A stretch of 34,957 nt of DNA from Hypanus sabinus. Its lineage: Eukaryota. The stretch spans positions 1 to 34,957 of the forward strand of contig NW_026780449.1 in assembly GCF_030144855.1 (NCBI RefSeq), read 5' to 3'. The notes beneath the pieces are model-generated. The model did not search any database and was not told where the DNA came from. It saw only the letters and a program-made list of their open reading frames with translations. Below, piece by piece: positions 8,899 through 22,308 of this stretch. The translations under genes and the position numbers were made by a program. Positions within the stretch are counted from its first letter, which is position 1; the number at the start of each line of letters is the position of its first letter.

Positions 8899-9304
8899 CT
8901 GGAATACTGGGTTTGCACTGGTCAAACCCCACCCAGGGTACGGTCTCCTCTCGTTACTACAATGGAGTGCTGGCACTAACCTGCTTGGTCACCCTCTCAA
9001 CACCTGTTACCGCCGTCCAGCAACCCAGGATCCGGCTCATTTCATGCATTCTCTGCCCACTTAGTTCATCTCCCCAAGGCCCAGCATCTCTCGCTTATCC
9101 CTCTGAAACTCTGCAATTTCCCCTCAACCATTCCAGAACATGGCATAAAGACTCCGCAGGTGGGGCGGCATCTGCGGGAAGCGGCCCGGTCAATGCTCCC
9201 GGACTGCGTTATTCCAGCAGGAGGCCGAGATGAGTGATTATATCATTCACCTCCCAGACATCGCAACGTCTACGGCAAAAGACAACGTTTCCGCACGGCG
9301 GCAT

Positions 9305-9880
9305 TACATAAGAACATAAATACATAGGAAATTGGAACATGGGTAGGCCATCCGGCCCATCGAACCAGCCCCGCCATTCAATAAGATTATGGCTGAATGC
9401 CTTGGGGTTTTCCTTAATTCTGCCCTCCTTGGCCTTCTCATGGCCCCTTCTGGCTCTCCTAATTTCCTTCTTAAACTCCTTCCTAGTAGCCTTATAACCT
9501 TCTACATCTCTCACATTACCTAGCTCTCTCAACCTTTTGTAATTTTTCCTTTTCTTCTTGACTACATTAATTACAGCCTTTGTACCCAACGGTTCCTGCA
9601 CCCGACCATAACTTCCCTCTCATTGGAACGTAACTATACAGTACTCCACACAAATATCCCCATATCTCTTCCGTACTGTTCCCTGAGAACATCTGTTTCC
9701 AATTTAAGCCTCCGAGTTCCTGCCTGATAGCCTCAGAATTCCCCTTACTCCAATTAAACACTTTTCCAACTTGTCTGTTCCTATCTCACTCCAATGCTGT
9801 TGGAAAGGAGATCGAATTATGATCACTATCTCCAAAATGTTCTCCCACTGACAGATCTGACACCTGACCAGGTTCATTTC
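9305..9880 (-). mobile_element. CR1 fragment (unit-2 copy of 1900-3560)
   Basis: Tail, IKENPKAF and SDH endonuclease motifs, with the ~1.06 kb middle deleted. Confidence 0.9.
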
Positions 9881-12499
9881 CCAAGGACCAGGTTCAGTTC
9901 ATTGCCGATCCAGCAAATAATATAATAAAAACACTCCTTTTTTAAAAATGTGCATGTTTCGTTACGCTCCGGGGAAGCCTTTGATGTCGATCGCCCCACC
10001 ACTTCATGGGGAGAGCCGCATGCTCTCTCTAACTGGGACTTTAAAGCCCTGGTTAAGGAAACTTTCTTCAACACATTTAACAAACGGCTTCCGATCTCGA
10101 CCTTCTACAGAACGGAGTCCCAGTCAATAGTTCGAAAGTTACAATCACCTAATATTACAACCTTATCTTTCTTGTAACGGGATGCTATGTCACCAGAAAT
10201 TTACTCCGTTTACTGTTGGACTTTCTATACCATAATCCGGTTAACGTGGTTATATTTTCTTGTTTCTCGGTTCTACCCATGATGAATCACCGGCCGATCT
10301 ACCCAGTCTGCAATGTCTGAGCAGTGCCGAGACATTTTCCAAAACTGGAAATGCCAGACATCCCACCACCACTTCATCCTCTCGCACTATCCCGGCGACA
10401 AAAGCGGAACCCCGGATCACAGCTGCCAGCCCTACCCATTCTTAAACCAACGACTCCTGAAGGGTGAGGTCCGTCCCCAGGTGCTGTCTGTACAGCGGTG
10501 CTAACCAATCAGAATCGGTGACGTAGTTCGTGCAGCACCCTCAGCCGCGTCATAACGTTTGACACGTTATCATAACGCCAGAGATTCTGCGCATGCTGGA
10601 AATCCAAAGGAACGCATTCGCAATGCTGGGGGAGATCAGCACTCCTGGCAGCATCCATGGAAATGACCGCCACGGGCCTTGACGCTTCCCCGGGACCGGG
10701 AAGGAAATTAGAAGAACTCAAAAGAAAAAGTTAAGGGGAGGAGGAAGAGGTTTGACAAGAAATGAATCGGTAGATGCCAGGTGGTTGAGAAATGTCAGGG
10801 ACAGGTGATGAAGGAATCTGATATGGGAGGTGAGTGAACGAAAGGGGAAAGGAAAGGAGGACCGTCACTTGGGGTAGGGGGTGATAGCCGGGTGAGAAGA
10901 GGTAAGAGAATGGAGAATGGAATGGAAGAAGAGGGGAGCTTGAGAGATTTTTTCCAAACGGAAGGAGAAATTGATACTCACGTTATCAGGTTCGATTTGC
11001 CCAGATGGGATATAAGGTGCTACTGCCCACCCTCTAACATCGCGGTCTAATCTGGTGTCACTTACTTCGTAATCGATCTCTGTCTCTATCCGAGACACGG
11101 GCATGTGCGGAGATGGTGAAGGAATCGGTGATGGCATTCGTTATTCGCTTTAATTCGGCTTGGTATTTGTCGAAGATATCGTGGACGGAACGCCTGTTGT
11201 TCTGCTTGCTACCAGCAGGAGGTCGCTGTTTGGAGAGAAAAGGAAAGGATTGTTTTTCCCCAGTTGGTGTGTGGATTGCCATTTCGAAATGTAACCTCCT
11301 GGGCATGCGCAGTTCCTTCGGCCGCGTCCCGATGATGATTAGTTGTTTATGTTTGGACAAGCTCTGGGATTTGACCATGTGTCGGAGGAGTTTCGTTCAG
11401 TATCGTGGGGAGTTTGAAGCTCTATTCGTATTTAACACTTTTACTTAACTTGCAGGGATTAAATCAGCACGGTATTCTGAATGGACGTCATTGCAGTTGC
11501 TGTCTTTGGGGATCGTTGCTTCGACTGGCCACTGATGTTGTCTAAGTAGTCATCAATCCCTGCGTGATTTCCTAAGGGGGTATTTCGAGCGGGGCGATAG
11601 GGGCGGGTGCGTCTTGCTAATCTCTCTTTACTCGTTCGCTCCGAATCCTTGACTGACCAAGTTCCTCTTGTATCCTTAGTGTTTTCAGTCCTTCAAGATT
11701 CTGAAGTGAACCTGAGCTCTGTTTTGCTTGGCTAGTTGATTTTTTTGATACATCTTTGCTTCAGTTTTGAATTGCCGAAGTCCCTGTCATTCCTGCACCC
11801 GAGTGTCACTGACGATTACGTGTTTCCTTCTATTTCATTTCATTTAGAGATACAGCGCGGCAGATATTCGAACTGAGAGGTGAAGCCAGAGCTCCTGGGT
11901 GGGGTGGGGATGGCGGGGGGAGCCAGACGTAGTCACATGGAGAAAGTACCATCTCCTGACAGCGAGCGCCAGAATTCAGTTCGTAACTCCGGGATAGATA
12001 AATGCCCCTCAGGCTGATGTACAGTAACGGTCGTATAGGCGCATGCGCCAAAGGCCGTCAAGTGGGAATAGTGTAAATGGACATCTTGTTCGGCGAGGAT
12101 CAGATGGGCGGCTAATTTTCTTCCCGTGTGAGCTTCCGTGGATGAACCAGATTCAAGCTGATCCCAAAGGTCAATTGGGCAAATTTCAAAGTGTCTATTG
12201 ATGCCCCTCGATCGGAAACGCATCCATATCTCGCCCAGGCTTTCCGCTCCGGAGGCACACCACCCTCCGTGCAAGAAAATCGTTCCTTAAAACATTCCTC
12301 ACTCTCATCTAAAGCTGATGAGAGCCGGGACCTGACATTTATTCACACAGTGGAAGCATCTCTGACTCACGACTCCATCAGCGCCTCTCATAATCATATA
12401 AATGTACATCACGGCCAATGAAAGCTTTGAACTCCGGCACACTCCGCGGTTATAACCGCGACGCGCAACCTGCGATTCCAACTGCTTTGTAAAGGTCGT

Positions 12500-13165
12500 G
12501 CTTGGGAAGGTGTTACCGTCCATTATTAAGGATGAGTTTTCGGGGTACTTGGAGACTTTCAATAAAATAAGAAATTCTTTTTTTCTGAAGGAAAATCTTG
12601 CGTGACTAAGAGTCCTTCGAGGAAGTAACAAGCCGGGTGGACAAAGGAAAGACAGTGGATGTCATTTACTTGGATTTTCAGAATGGATTTGATAAGGCGC
12701 CACAAATGGGGACGCTAAACATGATAAAATCCGATGGCGTTACAGGTCAGATACTGGCCTGGAGGGAGGAATGGCTGACAGGCAGGAGGTAGGGAGTGGG
12801 AATAAAAGGGGCCTTTTCTGGTTGGTTGCCGGTGATTAGTGATGTCCGTCTGGGGTCAGTGTTGGGACCGCTACTTTTCACAATGTTTGTCAATTATTTG
12901 GATAATTGAATTGATGACTTTGTCTCGAAGAGTGAAGATGATCCGAAGATAAGCTGAGAGGCAGGTAGTGCTGAGGAGACATTTCGTTTCCAGCAGGATT
13001 TAGACAACTTGGAAGAATGGCCAGAAAACTGGCAGATGGAATACAGCGTTGGGAAATGTATGATAATGCATTTTGGTAAAAGGAACAATAGTGAGGACTA
13101 TTGAGGACTATTATCTAAACGGGGAGAATGTTCAAACATCAGAGCTGCAGACTGTGTTAAATAAG
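12500..13165 (+). mobile_element. CR1 RT core fragment (unit 2)
   Basis: Homologous to 6130-6815. Confidence 0.9.
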
Positions 13166-13411
13166 GCAAAAGCAAGGTCCGTGCCGGCTGTATCGTGTTC
13201 ATTCCTATTGGAGCGAAGTGCGCCTATTATCCCCCGGCGCAAAAGCACATTAAATGCTGTAAACCAGGCTAACCAGAGGGGGGCGCCATCCTCGCCGTGA
13301 CCGGAAGAACCGCCCCATCATTTGATTGACATCCTCTGTCGTCACGCTTCTCTGTGCGGAGGCTGCCTGCCCTGTTTTTATTGACAGCCCAGCCCCTCTG
13401 GCAACGTTGCA

Positions 13412-13450
13412 GGTTTTTGTTCGGCTTCACCATCTGTTCGGGCGGCTGTG
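13412..13450 (-). other. 23-RSS of V2
   Basis: CACAGCC-23 nt-ACAAAAACC on the minus strand. Confidence 0.97.
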
Positions 13451-14018
13451 TAGACTCCAGGCGCAGAAATAACGAGCCGAGTGATTCACAGTCAAACTTT
13501 TAGAAATCAGGTTGAACTGGTTGTTCTTCCTCTGAGCCGTTAACCCGTCCGCTGTTTCCTTCGGGTCCAGATGCCTTTCAGTTGAGGAATAAAACAGGTT
13601 CTGAGGGCCACTCCCCGGGTACTGTCTGTACCAGTACATGGTATCAGTATTACCCCCTCCTTCCGCCGTGCAATGCAACTCCATTCCGCTGCCGGGCATG
13701 GCGGAGAGTGCGGGTGGAGTCTGCCTGACGGTCACCGAGTTCCCACCTGTGGACAGAGAGCGGAAAACCGGTGAGGAATCAGAGACGTGTTGACCGAGTG
13801 GGGAGACGCGACTGGCGGAAAGAGACGAACATGTAACGAGGCAGTGAGACTGTCAGTTATCGGCTGGGTGGGGGAACCTGGGAAGAGAAATAATCGCGAA
13901 TAGAGTATCTGATGAATGAGGAAGCGAGAGAGGGGAGAAATTAGATAGTGAACGAAATAAACTAACAGCCAATCCAGGACACGATCCACAGGAACAGAAA
14001 CATCTTTTTCCAGTTCAT
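13451..14018 (-). CDS. TRBV: TCR beta V gene segment V2, apparently functional (leader 14018-13967, intron 13966-13747, V exon 13746-13451)
   Basis: Leader MNWKKMFLFLWIVSWIG, GT-AG intron of 220 nt, open 296-nt V exon ...LHCTAEGGGNTDTMYWYRQYPGSGPQNLFYSSTERHLDPK...YFCAWSL. Confidence 0.93.
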
Positions 14019-14089
14019 TCTCTCCATGTTGACGGGGAAGAGGTGTAAAGGGGAGGCAGGATGAGGCAGATTCGCACTTTACCCGTGGA

Positions 14090-14162
14090 TGTGAAATTAT
14101 ATATCGTTGATAAGCCACGCCCCTTCCATGATATAACCAATCAGAAACAATGTGACGGTCAA
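14090..14162 (-). promoter_or_regulatory. Putative V2 promoter
   Basis: TATA-like TATATAAT, TGATAA, GCCACGCCCC and AACCAATCAG at positions homologous to V1. Confidence 0.55.
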
Positions 14163-14218
14163 TGTAATTCGGTCCGAGGCACTATATCTACACTATTGAA
14201 GTTCATGTTAACAGCCGT

Positions 14219-14460
14219 NNNNNNNNNNNNNNNNNNNNNNNNNNNNNNNNNNNNNNNNNNNNNNNNNNNNNNNNNNNNNNNNNNNNNNNNNNNNNNNNNN
14301 NNNNNNNNNNNNNNNNNNNNNNNNNNNNNNNNNNNNNNNNNNNNNNNNNNNNNNNNNNNNNNNNNNNNNNNNNNNNNNNNNNNNNNNNNNNNNNNNNNNN
14401 NNNNNNNNNNNNNNNNNNNNNNNNNNNNNNNNNNNNNNNNNNNNNNNNNNNNNNNNNNNN
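14219..14460. other. Assembly gap (N)
   Basis: Run of n. Confidence 1.
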
Positions 14461-14934
14461 CGGGGCTCTGTAGTTCACCGAAGAACAATTGTTTTCCTAC
14501 AACCGCCTGGCTCCTGAACCAGCGCGGATGTCTTCACTCGCCTCCACCGTAACCTCCAAGCTGCGCGGGTGGGCGGCCGGGCAGTAACTGAAATGCCCCC
14601 GGCGCACATCGCCTTCGTCGGCCCGCAGCTTGAAATGTATTTTATGAGAATGTCTTGTAAAAGCGCCGCGCGGTTTTCCGGTCCGTGTTATACAAATCCT
14701 GTTCGGAGCAATGGCTGGTCCACGCAGCTGACATAAAATGAAGGGACCGTTTCTCACCTCAACACTAAATTGACTCCACGACCAATGGGCTCACTTTAAA
14801 GAACTCTACCAATCAGATTCTTAGGATGATTTATTCATCTTGACATTTACATGGTTTCTCTGCTTTTCCACGTTGTTTGCCTTCAGTCTTTGTTTATGCC
14901 TGGTGTTCCATCAATTTTATTGTATTTCTAATTG

Positions 14935-15900
14935 TCCTGTAGACTAATAACTTAGTAGAATGGATTAAAACTAACTTTAGCAAATTTGCAGAAAGCTGAG
15001 TGGCAGTGTGAAATATGAGGAGGATGTTGGGAGAATGCAGGGTGATCTGGACAGGTTGGGTGAGTGGGCAGATGCATGGCAGATGCAGTTTAATGTGGAT
15101 AAATGTGCGGTTATCCACTTTGGTGGCAAAACATGAAGGGAGATTACTATCTGAATGGTGTCAAGTTTGGAAAAGACGAAGAACAACAAGATCGAGGTGT
15201 TCTTGTTCATCAGTCACTGAAAGTAACCATGCAGGTAGAGCCGGCAGTGAAGAAAGCTAATGGCATGTTGGCCTTCTTTACAAGGGGAGTTGAGTACAGG
15301 AGCAAAGAGGTTCTTCTGCAGTTGTGCAGGACCCTGGTGAGACCAAACCCGGACTATTGTGTTCAGCTTTGGTCTCCAAATTAGAGGAAGGACATTCTTG
15401 CTATTGAGGGAGTGCATCGTAGGTTCACGAGGTTGATTCCCGCCATCCCGGGAAAGATTGGAGCGACTGGGCATGGATACACTGGAATTTAGAAGGATGA
15501 GAGGAGATCTGATTGAAACATATAAGATGATTAAGGGATTGGACACGCTAGAGGCAGGAAACATGTTCCCGATGTTGGGGGAGTCCAGAATCAGAGGCCA
15601 CAGTTTAAGAATAAGGGGTAGGCCGTTTAGAACGGAGTTGAGGAAAAACTTGATGTCACCCAGAGAGTTGTGGATCTGTGGAATGCTCTGCCTCGGAAGG
15701 CAGTGGAGGCCAAGTCTCTGGATGAATTCAAGAACAAGTTAGATAGAGCTCTAATAGATAGCGGAGTCAAGGGATACGGGGAGAGGGCAGGATTATTGGC
15801 ACTGATTGTGGATGATCAGCCATGATCACATTGAATGGCGGTGCTGGCTTGAAGGACCGAATGGCCTACTCCTGCGTCTAATGACTATTGTCTTGTCAAC
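14935..15900 (+). mobile_element. CR1 3' fragment (unit 3)
   Basis: ORFs ...KKANGMLAFFTRGVEYRSKEVLLQL.RTLVRP and LEFRRMRGDLIETYKMIKGLD...GESRIRGHSLRIRGRPFRTE. Confidence 0.93.
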
Positions 15901-16639
15901 TGCTCTGTAATGTCCCAAAACCTGAATTCCATGATGTGACTGATGGAGGCCAACTTGTCAAACGGCTGCTTCAGCGCCGGGTCGGATGGCGCTGGAAGCG
16001 ATTCCAATGGGGTCTTTTAAAGCCTCTTCTAGAGATACACGGAGCTTTGGAACATAGAGGGCTATGCGCTAGGGAAATTCTAAGCCGTTCCTGCACCAGG
16101 TTGAATGGTCGGTCCAACATTATGCTGCAGATTCCTATGGACTGTGTTTTATTTTCCAGGTGTAACTGCTTTTCTCGGACACTGTGTGCGCTGACTACCT
16201 ACACCAGTGCCCCTCAGATTTGCCTGCTCGACTCTCAGGAATACTGGGTTTGCACTGGTCAAACCCCACACAGGGTACGGTCTCCTCTCCTTACTACAAT
16301 GGAGTGCTGGCACTAACCTGCTTGGTCAGCCTCTCAACACCTGTTACCACCGTCCAGAAACCCAGGATCCGGCTCATTTCTTGCATTCTCTGCCCATTTA
16401 GTTCATCTCCCCAAGGCCCAGCATCTCACGCTTATCCCTCTGAAACTCTGCAATTTCCCCGCAACCATTCCAGAAAATGGCATAAAGACTCCGCAGATGG
16501 GGCGGCATCTGCGGGAAGCATCCCGGTTAATGCTCCCGGACTGCGTTATTCCAGCCGGAGTCCGAGATTAGTGATTATATCATTCACCTCCCAGACATCG
16601 CAACGTCTACGGCAAAAGACAACGTTTCCGCAACGGCGG

Positions 16640-18100
16640 CATTACATAAGAACATAAATACATAGGAAATTGGAACATGGGTAGGCCATCCGGCCCATCG
16701 AAACAGCCCCGCCATTCAATAAGATTATGGCTGATCTGTCCGTAAACTCAGCTCCTTTTCCCCAGAACCCTTAATCCTCCTACTATGTAAAAACCTATCT
16801 AACTGTATCTTAAATATGTTTAGTGACGAACCGTCAACTGCTTTCCGGGGCAGGGAATTCCGCAGATTCACCACTCTAGGGGAAAAACATTTTCTCCGCA
16901 TCTCCATCCATGGGGTACCTTATCAAATGCCTTGCTGAAATCCATATACACTACATCCACTGCTCTTCCTGCATCAATGTGTTTAGTCATATTCTGAAAA
17001 ATTCATTGAGGCTCGTAAAGCACGACCTGCCCTTTAGAAAGCCATGGTGACTACTCCTAAACACATTATACCTTCTAATCATACTGTACATCTACACATG
17101 TTCATAAATCCTATCTCCCAGGATCTTCTCCATCAACTTACCAACCATTGAGATAAGACTCACTGGTCTATAGTTTCCTGGGCTATACCTACTCTCTTTC
17201 TTGATTAAAGGAACAACATTCACAACACTCCAGTCCTCGGGATCATCTCCCGTCCCCATTGATGATGCAAAGATCATCGCCAGCTGCGAGGCAATCTCCA
17301 CACCTGCCTCCCACAGAAGCCTGGGGTATATTGCATCCGTTCCCGTCGACCTATCCACCTTGATGCTTTCCAGAAGCTCCAGCACATCCTCTTTCTTAAT
17401 ATCTTTATGCTCAAGCTTTTCAGTCTGCTGGAAGTCATCACGACAATCTCCAAGATCATTTTTCCACAGTAAATACTGAAGTAAAGTACTCATTAAGTCC
17501 CTCTTCTATTTCCTTCGGTTCCATCCACACTTTCCAACTGTCACACTTGATAGGTCCTCTTCTTTCACGTCTTATCCTCTTCCTTTTCGCATACTTGTAG
17601 AATGCCTTGGGGTTTTCCTTAAATCTGCCCGCCATGGCTTTCTCATGGCCCCTTCTGTCTCTCCTAATTTCCTTCTTAAACTCCTTCCTAGTAGCCTTAT
17701 AACCTTCTACATCTCTCACATTACCTAGCTCTCTCAACCTTTTGTAATTTTTTCTTTTCTTCTTGACTACATTAATTACAGCCTTTGTACCCAACGGTTC
17801 CTGCACCCGACCATGACTTCCCTCTCATTGGAACGTGACTATACAGAACTCCACACAAATATCCCCAGAATATTTGCCACATTTCTTCCGTACTGTTCCC
17901 TGAGAACATCCGTATCCAATTTAAGCCGCCGAGTTCCTGCCTGATAGCCTCAGAATTCCCCTTACTCCAATTAAACACTTTTCCAACTTGTCTGTTCCTA
18001 TCTCACTCCAATACTGTTGGAAAGGAGATCGAATTATGATCACTATCTTCAAAATGTTCTCCCACTGACAGATCTGACACCTGACCAGGTTCATTTCCCA
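16640..18100 (-). mobile_element. CR1 ORF2 fragment (unit 3)
   Basis: Homologous to 1900-3560. Confidence 0.92.
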
Positions 18101-20719
18101 CAGACCAGGTTCAGTTCATTGCCGATCCAGCAAATAATATAATAAAAACACTCCTTTTTTAAAAATGTGCATCTTTGGTTACGCTCCGGAGAAGCCTTTG
18201 ATGTCGATCGCCCCACCACTTCATGGGGAGAGCCGCATGCTCTCTCTAACTGGGACTTTAAAGTCCTGGTTAAGGAAACTTTGTTCAACACATTTAACAA
18301 ACGGCTTCCGATCTCGACCTTCTACACAACGGAGTCCGAGTCAATAGTTCGGAAGTTAAAATCACCTAATATTACAAACTTATCTTTCTTGTAACGGGAT
18401 GCTATGTCACCAGAAATTTACTCGGTTTACTGTTCGACTTTCTATGCCATAATCCGGTTAACGTGGTTATATTTTCTTGTTTCTCAGTTCTACCCATGAT
18501 GAATCACCGGCCGATCTACCCAGTCTGCAATGTCTGAGCAGTGCCGAGACATTTTCCAAAACAGGATATGCCAGACATCCCACCACCACTTCATCCTCTC
18601 GCTCTTTCCCGGCGACAAAAGCGGAACCCCGGATCACAGCTGCCAGCCCTACCCATTCTTCATCCAATGACTCCTGAAGGGTGAGGTCCGTCCCCGGGTG
18701 CTGTCTGAACAGCGGTGTTAACCTATCATAATCGGTGACGTAGTTAGTGCAGCACCCTCAGCCGCGTCATAACGTTTGACACGTTATCATAACGCCAGAG
18801 ATTCTGCGCATGCTGGGAATCCAAAGGAACGCATTCGCAATGCTGGGGGAGATCAGCACGCCTGGCAGCATCCATGAAAATGACCGCCACGGGCCGTGAC
18901 GCTTCCGCAGGACCGGGAGGGAAATTAGAAGAAGCCAAAAGTAAAAGTTAAGGGGAGGAGAAAGAGGTTTGACAAGAAATGAATCGGTAGATGCCAGGTG
19001 GTTGAGAAATGTCAGGGACAGGTGATGAAGGAATCTGATATGGGAGGTGAGTGAACGAAAGGGGAAAGGAAAGGAGGACCGTCACTTGGGGTAGGGGGTG
19101 ATAGCCAGGTGAGAAGAGGTAAGAGATCACAGTGGGGAATGGAAGAAGAGTAGAGCTTGAGAGATTTTTTCCAAACGGAAGGAGAAATTGATACTCACAT
19201 TATCAGGTTCGATTTGCCCAGATGGAATATAAGGTGCTACTGCCCACCCTCTAACATCGCGGTCTAATCTGGTGTCACTTACTTCGTAATCTATCTCTGT
19301 CTCTATCCGAGACACGGGCATGTGCGGAGATGGTGAAGGAATCGGTGATGGCAATCGTTATTCGCTTTAATTCGGCTCGGTATTTGTCGAAGATTTCGTG
19401 GACGGAACGCCTGTTGTTCTGCTTGCCACCAGCAGGAGGTCGCTGTTTGGAGAGAAAAGGAAAGGATTGTTTTTCCCCAGTTGGTGTGTGGATTGCCGTT
19501 TCGAAAAGTAACCTCCTGGGCATGCGCAGTTCCTTCGACCGCTTCCCGAGGATGATTAATTGTTTATGTTTGGGCAAGGTCTCGTATTTGACCATGTTTC
19601 GGAGTAGTTTCGTTTAGTATCGTGGGGAGTTTGAAGCTCTATTCGTTTTTAACACTTTTACTTAACTTGCAGGGATTAAATCAGCACGGTATTCTGAATG
19701 GTCGTCATTGCAGTTGCTGTCTTTGGGGATCGTTGCTTCGACTGGCCCCTGATGTTGTCTAAGTAGTCATCAATCCCTACGGGATTTCCTAAGGGGGTAT
19801 TTCGAGCGGGCTGATAGGGGCGGGTGCGTCTTGCTAATCTCTCTTTACTCGTTCGCTCCGAATCCTTGTCTGACCAAGGTCCTCTTGTATCCTTAGTGTT
19901 TTCAGTCCTTCAAGATTCTGAAGTGAACCTGAGCTCCGTTTTGCTTTGCTAGTTGATTTTTTTAATACATCTTTGCTTCAGTTTTGAATTGCCGAAGTCC
20001 CTGTCATTCCTGCACCCGAGTGTCACTGACGATTACGTGTTTCCTTCTATTTCATTTCATTTAGAGATACAGCGCGGCAGATATTCGAACTGAGAGGTGA
20101 AGCCAGAGCTCCTGGGTGGGGTGGGGATGGGGGTGGGGAGTCAGACGTAGTCACCTGGAGAAAGTACCATCTCCTGACAGCGAGCGCCAGAATTCACTTC
20201 GTAACTCCGGGATAGATAAATGCCCCGCAGGCTGATGCACAGTAACGGTCTCATAGGCGCATGCGCCGAAGGCCGTCAAGTGGGAACAGTGTAAATGGAC
20301 ATCTTGTTTGGCGAGGATCAGATGGGCGGCGAAGTTTCTTCCCGTGTGAGCTTCCGTGCATGAACCAGATTCAAGCTGATCCCAAAGGTTAATTGGGCAA
20401 ATTTCAAAGTGTCTATCGATGCACCTCGATCGGAACCGCATCCATATCTCGCCCAGGCTTTCCGCTCCGGAGACACACCACCCTCCGTGCAAGAAAATCG
20501 TTCCTTAAAACATTCCTCACTCTCATCTAAAGCGGATGAGAGCCGGGGCATGACATTTATTCACACAGTGGAAGCATCTTTGACTCACGACTCCATCAGC
20601 GCCTCTCATAATCATATAAATGTACATCACGGCCAATGAAAGCTTTGAACTCGGGCACACTCCGGGGTTATAACCGCGACGCGCTACCTGCGATTCCAAC
20701 TGCTTTGTAAAGGTCGTGC

Positions 20720-21385
20720 TTGGGAAGGTGTTAGCGTCCATTATTAACGATGAGGTTTCGTGGTACTTGGAGTCTTTCAATAAAATAAGAACTACTTTTT
20801 TTGTGAAGGAAAATTTTGCGTGACTAAGAGTCCTTCGAGGAAGTAACAAACAGGGTGGACAAAGGAAAGACAGTGGATGTCATTTAGTTGGATTTTCACA
20901 CTGGATTTGATAAGGCGCCACAAATGAGGACGGGAAACATGATAAAATCCGATGGCGTTACAGGTCAGATACTGGCCTGGAGGGAGGAATGGCTGACAGG
21001 CAGGAGGTAGCGAGTGGGAAGAAAAGCGGCCTTTTCTGGTTGGTTGCCGGTGATTAGTGATGTCCGTCAGGGGTCAGTATTGGGACCGCTACTTTTCACA
21101 ATGTTTGTCAATTATTTGGATAATTGAATTGATGACTTTGTCTCGAAGAGTGAAGATGATCCGAAGATAAGCTGAGGGGCAGGTAGTGCTGAGGAGACAT
21201 TTCGTTTACAGCAGGATTTAGACAACTTGGAAGAATGGCCAGAAAACTGGCAGATGGAATACAGCGTTGGGAAATGTATGATAATGCATTTTGGTAAAAG
21301 GAACAATAGTGAGGACTATTGAGGACTATTATCTAAACGGGGAGAATGTTCAAACATCAGAGCTGCAGACTGTGTTAAATAAGGC
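20720..21385 (+). mobile_element. CR1 RT core fragment (unit 3)
   Basis: Homologous to 6130-6815. Confidence 0.9.
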
Positions 21386-21629
21386 AAAAGCAAGGTCCGT
21401 GCCGGCTGTATCGTGTTCATTCCTATTGGAGCGAAGTGCGCCTATTATCCTCCGGCGCAAAAGCACATTAAATGCTGTAAACCAGGCTAACCAGAGGGGG
21501 GCGCCATCCCCGCCGTGATCGGAAGAACCGCCCCATCATTTGATTGACATCCTCTGTCGTCACGCTTCTCTGTGCGGAGGCTGCCTGCCCTCTTTTTATT
21601 GACAGCCCCGCCCCTCTGGCAACGTTGGA

Positions 21630-21668
21630 GGTTTTTGTTCGGCCTCACCATCTGTTCGGGCGGCTGTG
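21630..21668 (-). other. 23-RSS of V3
   Basis: CACAGCC-23 nt-ACAAAAACC on the minus strand. Confidence 0.97.
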
Positions 21669-22236
21669 TAGACTCCAGGCGCAGAAATAACGAGCCGAGT
21701 GATCGGCAGTCAAAGTTTTAGAAATCAGGTTGAACTGGTTGTCCTTCCTCTGGGCCGTTAACCCGTCCGCTGTTTCCTTTGGTTCAGCATGCCCGTTGCC
21801 TATCGAGTAGATCAGGTTCTGAGGGCCACTCCCCGGGTACTGTCTGTACCAGTACATGTAATCAGTATTACCCCCTCCTTCCGCCGTGCACTGTAACTCC
21901 ATTCCGCTGCCGGGCATGGCGGAGAGTGCGGGTGGAGTCTGCCTGACGGTCACCGAGTTCCCACCTGTGGACAGAGAGCGGAAAACCGGTGAGGAATAAG
22001 AGACGTGTTGACCGAGTGGGGTGCCGCGACTGGCGGAAAGAGACGAACATGTAACGAGGCAGTGAGACTGTCAGTTATCGGCTGGGTGGGGGAACCTGGG
22101 AAGAGAAATAATCGAGAATAGAGTATCTGATGAATGAGGAAGCGAGAGAGGGGAGAAATTAGATAGTGAACGAAATGAACTAACAGCCAAACCAGGACAC
22201 GATCCACAGAAACAGAAACATCTTTTCCCGGTTCAT
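21669..22236 (-). CDS. TRBV: TCR beta V gene segment V3, apparently functional (leader 22236-22185, intron 22184-21965, V exon 21964-21669)
   Basis: Leader MNREKMFLFLWIVSWFG, 220-nt GT-AG intron, open 296-nt exon ...LQCTAEGGGNTDYMYWYRQYPGSGPQNLIYSIGNGHAEPK...YFCAWSL. Confidence 0.93.
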
Positions 22237-22308
22237 TCTCTCCATGTTGACGGGGAAGAGGTGGTAAAGGGGAGGCAGGATGAGGCAGTTTCGCACTTTA
22301 CCCGTGGA

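Larger units (their letters stand above)
8406..14741. repeat. Tandem duplication unit 2 (6.3 kb)
   Basis: Colinear with unit 1 except for two ~1 kb deletions (junctions ~8899 and ~9396). Confidence 0.95.
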
